Source: an uncultured virus (IMG/VR IMGVR_UViG_3300022853_000024) (lineage: Duplodnaviria; Heunggongvirae; Uroviricota; Caudoviricetes). From it: a stretch of DNA of 20,000 nt. The notes under the pieces were generated by a model. The model did no database searches. It saw only the letters and a list, made by a program, of their open reading frames with translations, and had not been told where the DNA came from. The translations under genes and the position numbers were made by a program. Positions 1-7,987 of the stretch are shown in pieces. The stretch lies in IMG/VR virus record IMGVR_UViG_3300022853_000024, one strand, 5' to 3'. Each line of letters opens with the position of its first letter. The stretch's first letter is position 1.

Positions 1-675
1 TAAAGAAATTGTGTTATCAATAACAATGTCATTAAGTCCTGTCATACTTTTTATTTCAACATCTCCCCAACGTTGACTGTTGGAACCTATATCATAAGTT
101 CCGGTAACATCTGGAATTAAATCTGATTCTATATCACCATTAAAACTTAAAGTATCTTCTGGACCATCACCGCCTATAAAAATATTTCCATCAAAAGAAA
201 TATCTCCTGTGGCATGAATATTTCCTGTTGTGTTTAGGTCTGATAGAATGATCACTTTACCTGTTGTTGCTACTCCACCGCCTGCACCAGGTCCTGGTTG
301 AAATCTAATATCCTCACCATTGTGTGCTCTTATTCCACTGTTAGTAAATGCTAAATTACCTGTGCGTAATTCAGTCATTTGGAAATTAGTACCAGCAATC
401 ATGTTGATTGGACCTGTCAAAGTTGAAAATGTGTCTGTTGGTCCGTCTATACCAATGTTTCCAATTGAGGCCGAGTTGGTGGCAATTAAATTGCCTCTGT
501 AAATGGCATCGCCAGATACTAGTAATTCTCTTGTGGGGGCATCATCTTTGATACCTATTCTGCCATTGATAACATCAATGTATAATAAGTCCGTTTCAAA
601 AGCCAAATCCGACGTTCTTGTAAGATTTTCTTTTAATAATGGTCCTGATATTCTACCTACATTGGTTACTGCCAT
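1..675 (-). CDS. Virion structural protein (tail fibre/baseplate-associated, Gly/Thr/Asn-rich), runs off the left edge of the window
   Basis: Not in the ORF track. ATG at 675 after AAGGAG; reads MAVTNVGRISGPLLKENLTRTSDLAFETDLLYIDVINGRIGIK...DLIPDVTGTYDIGSNSQRW with no stop to position 1. Composition and the P-x-x-x-x-x-YDIGS-x-x-x-RW motif are typical of phage tail-fibre-like proteins. Confidence 0.7.
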   Translation of the reverse strand, partial: MAVTNVGRISGPLLKENLTRTSDLAFETDLLYIDVINGRIGIKDDAPTRELLVSGDAIYRGNLIATNSASIGNIGIDGPTDTFSTLTGPINMIAGTNFQMTELRTGNLAFTNSGIRAHNGEDIRFQPGPGAGGGVATTGKVIILSDLNTTGNIHATGDISFDGNIFIGGDGPEDTLSFNGDIESDLIPDVTGTYDIGSNSQRWGDVEIKSMTGLNDIVIDNTISL

Positions 676-690
676 AGCACTCCTTTTTTA

Positions 691-698
691 GTATTTAT
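691..698 (-). promoter_or_regulatory. T4-type late promoter (ATAAATAC)
   Basis: Minus strand reads CAATAAATACTAAAAAAGGAGTGCTATG; resembles the gp55-recognised TATAAATA, and the TAAATA core recurs before other late genes. Confidence 0.65.
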
Positions 699-716
699 TG
701 AAATTTGGTAAAGGAA

Positions 717-1514
717 TTATTTGTCAAAGTTGTGTAAAACAGTGACTGGCTTACCTGTGGGAACTGATGTTCCGAATGTTATGTATTGCCCTGACGGATA
801 AGATAGTCCTGTAACTGAACTTTTTCCATCCATATTGAATGTGTTTCCACCAACTGAGTTTGCTTCAGTATTCAACAAAGTGTTTACACTTAAATGGCTG
901 GGTGTTACTGCTGTTACTGTGAATGTTCCGTTGTTTGTGGCTGACCCTGTGACAACAACAGATTGCCCAACATGGTAACCTTTAGATTGCCAGTCAATCA
1001 GTACAGGATTACTGCTTACAAAAGCACCAACGCCTGTTGCACTGTAATTTGCCACAGCACTTATGGTGTTGCTGTTAACATCACATGGATTTTGTGTTAA
1101 TGTGTAGTTGGTATTTGGAATCTGTAAAACATTTTCCACCATCACTAAAATATTTTCAGATGCTGTTGGATATCCTAATCCTGATCCAAATCCATCATTA
1201 AGAATTCCAAAGTTTACTTCTGTGTCATCACCGTTACTTAAATTTTGTACCACAATATTTTGTGGTTCTGATAATCTAAACTGTTTCCATACTGGAGCAC
1301 CGCCACCTAACGACTCATACACTTCAAGTTGTCTCAGTGTTGTGTTGAATCTCAATTGTCCTTCAATTGGTGTAACAGGACGTTGTACTTGAGTTCCTTT
1401 TGGAACTAAAAATGCACCTGTTGATTGTGCTTCAATTGTTTCGTACTGAGTGTATATTAAACCTTTACCGTTTAATAATCTTTTATTAGTGGATTGACGT
1501 TTTAGATATCTCAT
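717..1514 (-). CDS. Virion structural protein (putative tail/baseplate), 265 aa
   Basis: N-terminal VPKGTQVQRP...GQLRFNTT...LEVY motif common in phage structural proteins; start overlaps upstream stop (TAATG). Confidence 0.6.
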   Translation of the reverse strand: MRYLKRQSTNKRLLNGKGLIYTQYETIEAQSTGAFLVPKGTQVQRPVTPIEGQLRFNTTLRQLEVYESLGGGAPVWKQFRLSEPQNIVVQNLSNGDDTEVNFGILNDGFGSGLGYPTASENILVMVENVLQIPNTNYTLTQNPCDVNSNTISAVANYSATGVGAFVSSNPVLIDWQSKGYHVGQSVVVTGSATNNGTFTVTAVTPSHLSVNTLLNTEANSVGGNTFNMDGKSSVTGLSYPSGQYITFGTSVPTGKPVTVLHNFDK

Positions 1515-1840
1515 TACACCTCCAAGTAACTGACTACAACTGATAAGTTGTTAGCACCTGATTGAGCAACTTTGATAACGTCACCTGCACCCAACACTAT
1601 TTTTTCTGAATCTAGTGTGAATGTTTCTGCTCCTGGTAATAATGCACTGTTCACTATCATAGATTGGTTTGCAACGTAGGCTCCAGTTACAGCATACAAA
1701 GTGAAATTACTATCTTCTCCACCTGTAGCATCTTCTGGACCAACATTTGTGATCAATATAGATGTAACAGCATAACTTTTACCTGCAGGTACTGTGAGAA
1801 CATCTTGTGTTCCATTTACGTTTGCGTTTGTTATTGCCAT
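1514..1840 (-). CDS. Small beta-rich virion protein, 108 aa
   Basis: AAGGAGAAACAATG RBS; TVPAGK...KIVLGAGDVIKV...VVSYLEV pattern seen in small structural proteins of T4-like phages. Confidence 0.6.
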   Translation of the reverse strand: MAITNANVNGTQDVLTVPAGKSYAVTSILITNVGPEDATGGEDSNFTLYAVTGAYVANQSMIVNSALLPGAETFTLDSEKIVLGAGDVIKVAQSGANNLSVVVSYLEV

Positions 1841-1850
1841 TGTTTCTCCT

Positions 1851-2864
1851 TTAAAAAATTAATCCGAAAAGTAGTGCTCTATTCTTGCTGATCACTTCTC
1901 CTCTTGTGTCATTTGTATTTACAAAATATAATCCTGTATCTCCGCCAGATGGTGTTTTTGCATACAATTTAACGCCGTTGGCGTCATATAACGGGTCTAT
2001 TGCCGCATCTTGCACACTTGGTCTATTGCCAATCACAAAGGAATCATTTGCCCTTACAGACCCTGTTCCTGGTGCTACCAATTCTAAATCTTCATTGGAA
2101 TTAAGACTGCTGATCTTGTCGCCTTCAATTCTGATACTGCCAATATCTGTTGTTTGTTGATATAATTCAAATCTAGTGGGTTCCCATAGTCCAACCAAAG
2201 TGTTATCAATTTTGATTTCAATTTTTGATGTGTTGCCTGATGAACTGTTGTCTGTGATTTTAACTTCTGTGTCACCATCAACAATTCTTGGAAACGCCGC
2301 ACCAATCACAACAGCATTGATTTCGTCGTCAACATATTTTTTGTTTGGAATATCGTTGTCGTCATTCATTCTGCTGATATAATTTGCTGGAGCAATACTG
2401 GCACCTAATCTCAATGTGCCTGTTCCGCCTGGCTCAAAATAAATTGCATTGTTGTTGTTGATGTTGGCAACTCTTAATGCCAGTATATCATTTCCGTCTG
2501 CTGAAGAAATTTTGTATGAACCATAACCAGGTCCTTGTAAGTTTGGTCCTTGTGACACTGTCTGTGTGCTTGGATTATTCCATGCAATAGATTCATCATA
2601 AATCATTTGCACACCAGTGAGTGATCCTCTGTCTACTCTAACACCTGCTGTGCCTTCTCCAACACCTGCACCTGCTTCGTTTTTGTTAAGTTCAATTATG
2701 TTGTCTTCGATTGCTAAATTTGTTGTGTTTACTGTTGTTGTTTCGCCTTCGATACGCAAGTCACCAGTAACTCTAGTAAGTGCAGACTCCAACGTGATTT
2801 CGTTGCTGGCATCTGCTACCTTAATTTTGTAACTACCCGATTCTAAATAAACTGTTTTTGCCAT
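1851..2864 (-). CDS. Virion structural protein (tail-associated), 337 aa
   Basis: VTGDLRIEGETTTVNTTNLAIEDNIIELN...AGVRVDRG motif typical of T4-like tail/fibre proteins; located in a structural cluster. Confidence 0.6.
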   Translation of the reverse strand: MAKTVYLESGSYKIKVADASNEITLESALTRVTGDLRIEGETTTVNTTNLAIEDNIIELNKNEAGAGVGEGTAGVRVDRGSLTGVQMIYDESIAWNNPSTQTVSQGPNLQGPGYGSYKISSADGNDILALRVANINNNNAIYFEPGGTGTLRLGASIAPANYISRMNDDNDIPNKKYVDDEINAVVIGAAFPRIVDGDTEVKITDNSSSGNTSKIEIKIDNTLVGLWEPTRFELYQQTTDIGSIRIEGDKISSLNSNEDLELVAPGTGSVRANDSFVIGNRPSVQDAAIDPLYDANGVKLYAKTPSGGDTGLYFVNTNDTRGEVISKNRALLFGLIF

Positions 2865-2875
2865 AGTTTTTATAA

Positions 2876-2901
2876 TTTAGGGAGTGTTGCCACTCCCTAA
2901 A
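2876..2901 (-). terminator. 11-bp hairpin with GCAA (GNRA) loop; weak terminator or stabilising stem
   Basis: Minus strand TTTAGGGAGTG-GCAA-CACTCCCTAAA is a perfect inverted repeat in the intergenic gap; followed only by TTAT, so no strong U-tract. Confidence 0.55.
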
Positions 2902-2913
2902 CTGTATTCTATC

Positions 2914-3546
2914 TTAAGTTGCTTGAGCGTCAACAACAATGTTGCCTGCGCCTACTGCCGCTTTAGTTGCCACACCAGCACTACCGTATGCAGTAAAGCC
3001 TATACTATCAATTCCTGTTAATTCGAATGTGTTAGTTGCTTTGTTTGCTACTGTGTATGCAGTTTCAAGGTTAAGCTCAACCATGCCAACTACGCCACGG
3101 ATAGATACTTTATCTCCGTTGCTGAAGCCGTGTCCAGTTGCTGTGATAACACATGGATCTGCCTGTGTTGCACCTGAAATAACTTTTTCAACTGCATCAG
3201 ATAAACCGTCAGCATCTCTAGTCCATACGTGTCTAGTTGCGCCTTCAAGTTGCATTTTTCTGTTGTACAGTTTAGTAACTTGTTTTGTAACACCGTCACT
3301 GTCAGTTACGTTAATGCAAAATTCGCCTGCGCCTAAAGCACCAGCACCTACACCACCGATTGACTTGTTTACAAGTGTACAAGTTTCTGTTTTTGATCCA
3401 TCAGTTACAATAAATTTGTTTGTTGATCTTTGTGACACAATATGTGATTCAGTAGTAATTTCTCCACCTGCCGCGAATTTAACCGCAGTTACTTGAAGTT
3501 TACCTGCTCCATCACCAATGTGTTTTTTGTTAATTGGTCTTCCCAT
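2914..3546 (-). CDS. Putative virion (head decoration/neck) protein with C-terminal FCCH-like beta domain, 210 aa
   Basis: AGGAGAAACAAAATG RBS; C-terminal ATQADPCVITATGHGFSNGDKVSIRGVVGMVELN...ATNTFEL resembles the phage domain often labelled 'ubiquitin-activating enzyme E1 FCCH'. Confidence 0.55.
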   Translation of the reverse strand: MGRPINKKHIGDGAGKLQVTAVKFAAGGEITTESHIVSQRSTNKFIVTDGSKTETCTLVNKSIGGVGAGALGAGEFCINVTDSDGVTKQVTKLYNRKMQLEGATRHVWTRDADGLSDAVEKVISGATQADPCVITATGHGFSNGDKVSIRGVVGMVELNLETAYTVANKATNTFELTGIDSIGFTAYGSAGVATKAAVGAGNIVVDAQAT

Positions 3547-3561
3547 TTTGTTTCTCCTGTT

Positions 3562-3611
3562 GACGTTCTAGGTCTACGGGGTTGATTCCCCATAAGTCCA
3601 GCCGAAACTGG
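3562..3611 (-). promoter_or_regulatory. Structured 5' leader (two or three adjacent hairpins) of the 210-aa gene
   Basis: Minus strand CCAGT-TTCG-GCTGG, then TTATGGGG-AATCAA-CCCCGTAG, then GAC-CTAGAAC-GTC, directly before the RBS. Confidence 0.55.
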
Positions 3612-3633
3612 CCCAAAACAATTGTTTATAGAA

Positions 3634-3641
3634 GTATTTAT
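3634..3641 (-). promoter_or_regulatory. T4-type late promoter (ATAAATAC)
   Basis: Minus strand CGATAAATACTTC, overlapping the stop codon of the upstream ORF and ~90 nt before a structural gene. Confidence 0.6.
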
Positions 3642-3910
3642 CGTTTGCTGAGTGATGCTATCAGTTCTACTTTTGAGAATTTTTTTGCTAGATCGATGGC
3701 TTCTATGAGCACAGAACTGGCTTCTTCTAGGTATCTATCTTTCTTGGTTCTACGGTAATCTATCAAAATAGTGGTGTATTCATCATACATTTTGTTCAGA
3801 GTGTTTTCTAATTTTTTGATATCGTTGATGAATATGCCATGACTGGTCTTCCATACTTGCAGTCTGTCCATGTATTCTTTGAATTCTAATAATATTTTTT
3901 CGTGTTCCAT
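3638..3910 (-). CDS. Hypothetical helical protein, ~90 aa
   Basis: ATG at 3910 lies 1 nt after the hemB stop (TGA T ATG), a more plausible start than the TTG at 3928; charged, helical-looking sequence. Confidence 0.65.
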   Translation of the reverse strand: MEHEKILLEFKEYMDRLQVWKTSHGIFINDIKKLENTLNKMYDEYTTILIDYRRTKKDRYLEEASSVLIEAIDLAKKFSKVELIASLSKR

Positions 3911-3911
3911 A

Positions 3912-4715
3912 TCAATCCAATTGACCAATCAAGTCTCTGGCTCCGTATGTTACTAAAAATTTTGCACCTGCTGATTTATACACTTTGGATATTTCAATCT
4001 GGTGTTGCAGTGTGGGCAATCCTTTGTATTCATCTCCCACTTGATACACTCCAACCGGAATGTAAGATCCTGCATTTATCATGCTTAAATTATGTAAACT
4101 GTGTTGTCCTGGTTTCAGCAACAAGTAATCTGCTTTTTGTTTTTTGTATTGATTGGCTGTGGCAATCATGCCCCAATCATTGTCAACAGGCAGTTGGTAT
4201 GTTCTGCTGGTGGTGGGTGTGCTGTCTGCTAGATCTCTAAAAGAACTGTAAAACACACTGCGGTATTTTACATATGCCATCACTTCACTGTGAGTTTCTG
4301 ATTTTAAATTTTGAACTGTGCGTTCTCCCATGTCTGAAGGAGCCAATATGTCTGCACCTGCAGATTTTAATTTCTTACCCAAATCAATCAACAGTGCTTC
4401 ACTGGTGTCTGGTTTGTCCATCACTCTACAATGCCCATCTGGTAAAGAGGCACACAAGCACACATCCACAATCAGTTGTATGTTGGGAAATTTTGTTTTT
4501 ATTTGATTTACAATTCTTTGATTAAAACTCCAATCAGGAGTCCAAGATTTATGTTCTGGTGTTATGAACAGCAAGAAACTGTCTACACCTTTGTCTATGT
4601 CTTTTTGAATTCTGTCTTCTATTAAGGATTCGGACCAACTGCTGTTATCAGCACCTAATCCAGCCGTTTCTGTTCTGCCTTTTTCGTTGACAAACAATGG
4701 CTGGATTAAGTCCAT
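3912..4715 (-). CDS. hemB: Delta-aminolevulinic acid dehydratase / porphobilinogen synthase, 267 aa
   Basis: Motifs in correct order: DLIQPLFV; Zn site DVCLCASLPDGHC; AGADILAPSDM; first Schiff-base Lys in AYVKYRSVFYSSFRD; RTYQL; second Lys in ADYLLLKP; YQVGDEY; AGAKFLVTY. Start placed at ATG 4715, just after the lipoprotein stop. Confidence 0.9.
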   Translation of the reverse strand: MDLIQPLFVNEKGRTETAGLGADNSSWSESLIEDRIQKDIDKGVDSFLLFITPEHKSWTPDWSFNQRIVNQIKTKFPNIQLIVDVCLCASLPDGHCRVMDKPDTSEALLIDLGKKLKSAGADILAPSDMGERTVQNLKSETHSEVMAYVKYRSVFYSSFRDLADSTPTTSRTYQLPVDNDWGMIATANQYKKQKADYLLLKPGQHSLHNLSMINAGSYIPVGVYQVGDEYKGLPTLQHQIEISKVYKSAGAKFLVTYGARDLIGQLD

Positions 4716-4719
4716 ATGA

Positions 4720-4923
4720 TTACTTCTCTTCTTTTTTAGGAAGTGCCGCACACTGTTCTTCGTCTGCTGGCAGACCAGTGTTTTTATCATAGATCCAAAC
4801 ATACGAATAAGTGATGTTGTCATCAGTCATTGAACATTTTTTTCCAAATGATACTCTTGGTTCTTTAATAGAACAAGCAGATACTATGAAGAAAGATAAT
4901 ATTATTATTGCAATACTTTTCAT
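4720..4923 (-). CDS. Small lipoprotein, 67 aa
   Basis: ATG 4923 with AAGGA RBS; MK + hydrophobic stretch + lipobox VSA-C17; two further Cys in the mature part. Confidence 0.8.
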   Translation of the reverse strand: MKSIAIIILSFFIVSACSIKEPRVSFGKKCSMTDDNITYSYVWIYDKNTGLPADEEQCAALPKKEEK

Positions 4924-4951
4924 TTTAGTCCTTGTTAGTGTTTCCTCGTTA

Positions 4952-4980
4952 ATTATACTACATTTTGGTATAAAAGTCAA
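4952..4980 (-). promoter_or_regulatory. Sigma70-type (early/host RNAP) promoter for the lipoprotein-hemB cassette
   Basis: Minus strand TTGACT-N17-TATAAT (TTGACT TTTATACCAAAATGTAG TATAAT). Confidence 0.85.
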
Positions 4981-5000
4981 GTCCTGAACATTCAGTCAAT

Positions 5001-5025
5001 AAAAAAGGGGGCCGAAGCCCCCTTT
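5001..5025 (-). terminator. Rho-independent terminator after the major capsid gene
   Basis: Minus strand GGGGGC-TTCG-GCCCCC-TTTTTT; cUUCGg tetraloop typical of T4-like terminators. Confidence 0.92.
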
Positions 5026-5048
5026 AATATGTAAGTGTTTACTGTTGA

Positions 5049-6221
5049 TTATGCAAACGAAATGTTTGACATAGTAACTTTACCAACATAGTCCCCAGCA
5101 TTTCCTAGTGAAGATGCTGTGTTGTTTAACTCTACATAACCATATCTAGTCATGAAAGAAACAACTGGTTCAAAAGTTGATGGGTCAAGCACAACACCGC
5201 TAGACATTAACGGAATGTATGGGCAATAGAACGCCGCCGCATCTGCTTCAGATGAGCCTTTGTATCCTACCAATACAGACGTATCGTCTGCCGCATATGT
5301 GTCAACATATACTTTCATTGCACTGTTTAAAGTTCCAACCATCTTTTGGTTAGTTGGTGCTTCAAAAGAACCTTCAGTTGTTCTTGCGAACGCTGAAGTT
5401 GTTGCAGATTGAAGTACAGTTAAAGCCTGTGGTGATACCACAGCCCAGTTTCCTGCGCCTCTTCTTGTTCTTTGTGCAATTTTATTTGCTGTTCTGTTGA
5501 TTAACACAGCCAATGCCGCATGTTCATCGCCTACAAAAGTTGCAGTTCCTGATACAGCCGCTTGGTTAAATGTTTCTTCATCAGCCGCTAAAGCTCTTAA
5601 TGAGTTGATGACTTCTTGGTCGATTTCAGCAGTAATTTCTTGTGCTAATGCCGCCATGATTTCAGCCTCTACATCAATACCTTGTTGAGCTTGTGCGTCT
5701 TGAGCAGATTCAAATGTCCATCTTGCTTGTAACTTTCTGCTTTTTGCTTCAACAGTTTGTTTCAAGATTTGGATTGACATTGCTCTACCACCACTACCTT
5801 CTTTAGTGGCTGTTGCGTCTGCATTACCATTTGGATCTGCTACATCGTTACCTGAATAACCTTGTGCAATTGCAAATGGTGATAATGCTTCAGCCCCTGC
5901 CGCTAGTCCGCCGCCTGATGTTGCCGCTTCTGCATATCTTACTCTTAGTGTGTGGATTTGTCCAACTGGGCCAGTCATTGGTTGTACTCCAACCAATTCG
6001 TTAGCAATTACAGTAGGCATAACCCTTCTGATCACGGGTAGGATCACTCTGTTTAGAGTTGCAACGTTACCGGCAGATGTAGCACCTGCTGTTGCCGACT
6101 CTGAAAGATACTGTCTAGTATTTTCCAAAGTTGTAGCCATAACTGCTTTTTTATTTCCAGTTAGGCCTTCTAGTAACGCACTCTTTGTATCCTGCCAGCG
6201 AGTTTCTGTTAGTTCTGACAT
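5049..6221 (-). CDS. gp23: Major capsid protein (T4 gp23-like), 390 aa
   Basis: LPVIRRVMPTVIANELVGVQPMTGPVGQIHTLRVRY, VEAKSRKLQARWT, EITAEIDQE, FYCPYIPL, FMTRYG motifs; follows protease and scaffold; strong RBS and terminator. Confidence 0.96.
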   Translation of the reverse strand: MSELTETRWQDTKSALLEGLTGNKKAVMATTLENTRQYLSESATAGATSAGNVATLNRVILPVIRRVMPTVIANELVGVQPMTGPVGQIHTLRVRYAEAATSGGGLAAGAEALSPFAIAQGYSGNDVADPNGNADATATKEGSGGRAMSIQILKQTVEAKSRKLQARWTFESAQDAQAQQGIDVEAEIMAALAQEITAEIDQEVINSLRALAADEETFNQAAVSGTATFVGDEHAALAVLINRTANKIAQRTRRGAGNWAVVSPQALTVLQSATTSAFARTTEGSFEAPTNQKMVGTLNSAMKVYVDTYAADDTSVLVGYKGSSEADAAAFYCPYIPLMSSGVVLDPSTFEPVVSFMTRYGYVELNNTASSLGNAGDYVGKVTMSNISFA

Positions 6222-6242
6222 TGTGTTTTTCTCCTTTGTTTT

Positions 6243-7331
6243 TTATATACCAGCAAGTCTTCTAATATCAACGATGTTGCTATTGAATTGACTGCTGTTT
6301 ACAATGTTAATTTGTTTATCGCCTGTTACTTCTGTGCCTTCATTTATAGCCTGTTTTTTCGCTGGAGTCCTACCGTTTAGAACAGATGGTATGTACTTTT
6401 CGAATTGCTTTCGTAAAGCACCCGTCTGCACACTCTCCAGTAGATTGTTCATTATTTCTTTTTGTTCTGTGTTCAATGGGTGTGTTAACTCATTGATTAC
6501 GTTACTTCTCTCTGCCGCTTCTTTAATTGTAGCAATTTCTAATTCTTTTGCTTCAATTACTTTTTGCTTCTCATTGACAGTCTTCATCGCTTCTTCTGCC
6601 TGTAGTTTCGAAATGTCCACTACCTTCATAAGTTTTGCTGTTTCACTTTTTTCATTCAAGAACGATTGTGAATATTCTTGTTGATAAGATTCAAACAGTC
6701 TGCGACCAAAGTCGTTTTTGCGAGCCGCTTCAATGTCTTCTTTTAATGAACTGATCTCTGACTTAAGAGTTTTGCTCACTATTTCTGACACTTTACTAGC
6801 ACCTTTTTTCACAAAGTTACTTCTAACTTTTTCAAAATGTGCTTTTGCTTCTCTGATAAGACGTACTTTTGTTTCAGCAACGTCTTGTTTGTCTTTTTGA
6901 AATTCTGCAATTTCTTTAGACAGAGCTTCTACCACAAATTCCTCAAGTTTGACAAAATTTTCTGCCATAACTTTTTGGTCTGCGTATAGTTCAGCAACTT
7001 CGCCTTTAAGTTTTTCAAAAACAAACGATTTTAACTTTTCTGCGTGTTCACCGATTTGAGTAGCATACTTAACTCTCTCTTCAGCAAGTGCTTTCTTGTC
7101 GTCTGCGAACTCTGCCATTTCTGCTTCGAGTCTTTCAGATACCATTTTATCAACAGCGTCTGTTAAATTTGCTTTGTCGTGTTCATACTTCTCTGCAAAT
7201 TCTTTACGAAGATCAGCAGTGGCAGAAAGTTTGTTTTCTTCAACTTTCTGGTTCCATGCGGATTCTATTTCTGCTCTGATCTCTTCGGAAATACCGTTAT
7301 TTTCAAAAAGTGATTTCAGTGCTTCTAACAT
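6243..7331 (-). CDS. gp22: Prohead core scaffolding protein (gp22-like), ~362 aa
   Basis: Glu/Lys-rich coiled-coil protein between protease and capsid; start at ATG 7331 after AGGAGAAAAAGA rather than 7364. Confidence 0.85.
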   Translation of the reverse strand: MLEALKSLFENNGISEEIRAEIESAWNQKVEENKLSATADLRKEFAEKYEHDKANLTDAVDKMVSERLEAEMAEFADDKKALAEERVKYATQIGEHAEKLKSFVFEKLKGEVAELYADQKVMAENFVKLEEFVVEALSKEIAEFQKDKQDVAETKVRLIREAKAHFEKVRSNFVKKGASKVSEIVSKTLKSEISSLKEDIEAARKNDFGRRLFESYQQEYSQSFLNEKSETAKLMKVVDISKLQAEEAMKTVNEKQKVIEAKELEIATIKEAAERSNVINELTHPLNTEQKEIMNNLLESVQTGALRKQFEKYIPSVLNGRTPAKKQAINEGTEVTGDKQINIVNSSQFNSNIVDIRRLAGI

Positions 7332-7341
7332 TCTTTTTCTC

Positions 7342-7965
7342 CTATTTAGATTGGAGTTTTCCAATTATGTTTATTAGTTGTTCTTTTAGATATTTTTGTG
7401 CCTTTGTGTCCCTTGCTGAGTTAAATGCTTTTAAACCACCCTTTGTGTTCATTAGATGCTCGTATATTGGCTCAGGATATGCTCCCGGTGCCGATGGTTG
7501 TGCAACGATATCTACTGTGATGATTTCAAAATCTGATACATGTCCGGATCCGTCTTCTTTAACATTACCGGAACCCCTACTGGACACACCAAGTTTAACT
7601 CCGCTTTCCAGCATTGTTTTAACTAGTTGTCCCATAGGAGTCGGTAACACTTTTAATTTTCCGTATCCGTTTGGTCCGTCCATCCACATTTCATTTACCA
7701 TGTGGCTGACACGGTCAAGGTTAATATTAAGTCCTTCAGGATGATCCACTTCGCCCAACACCGAGTATCCACCAGTGACTTGATCGTTAAGTGTGCTGAC
7801 AGCCCTCTGGATTTCGTTAACAGGATACACTCTCTGGTTGGCGTTTTTAACACCTCCCTGAATGCAGATTCCCTTCATGTAAAGGGATTTACCGTTGTGT
7901 TCGTCCTTAGTCTCAACGACTATTCCCGCCTGGTCAAAAGTCAGCGTCTCACGTAATGATAACAT
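7342..7965 (-). CDS. gp21: Prohead protease (gp21-like), 207 aa
   Basis: KNANQRVYP, LGEVDHP (catalytic His), TPMGQLV, LGVSSRGSG (catalytic Ser), DIVAQPSAPGA. Confidence 0.95.
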   Translation of the reverse strand: MLSLRETLTFDQAGIVVETKDEHNGKSLYMKGICIQGGVKNANQRVYPVNEIQRAVSTLNDQVTGGYSVLGEVDHPEGLNINLDRVSHMVNEMWMDGPNGYGKLKVLPTPMGQLVKTMLESGVKLGVSSRGSGNVKEDGSGHVSDFEIITVDIVAQPSAPGAYPEPIYEHLMNTKGGLKAFNSARDTKAQKYLKEQLINIIGKLQSK

Positions 7966-7987
7966 CCGTTTTCCTTATACTACCTTA

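Noticed and set aside
4716..4823. 36-aa N-terminal extension of hemB in the ORF track
   Set aside because: Overlaps the lipoprotein gene in another frame and does not resemble the HemB arm; ATG 4715 follows the lipoprotein stop directly.
4720..4923. o-spanin assignment for the lipoprotein
   Set aside because: No adjacent i-spanin, holin or endolysin, not Pro-rich, and under an early-type promoter.
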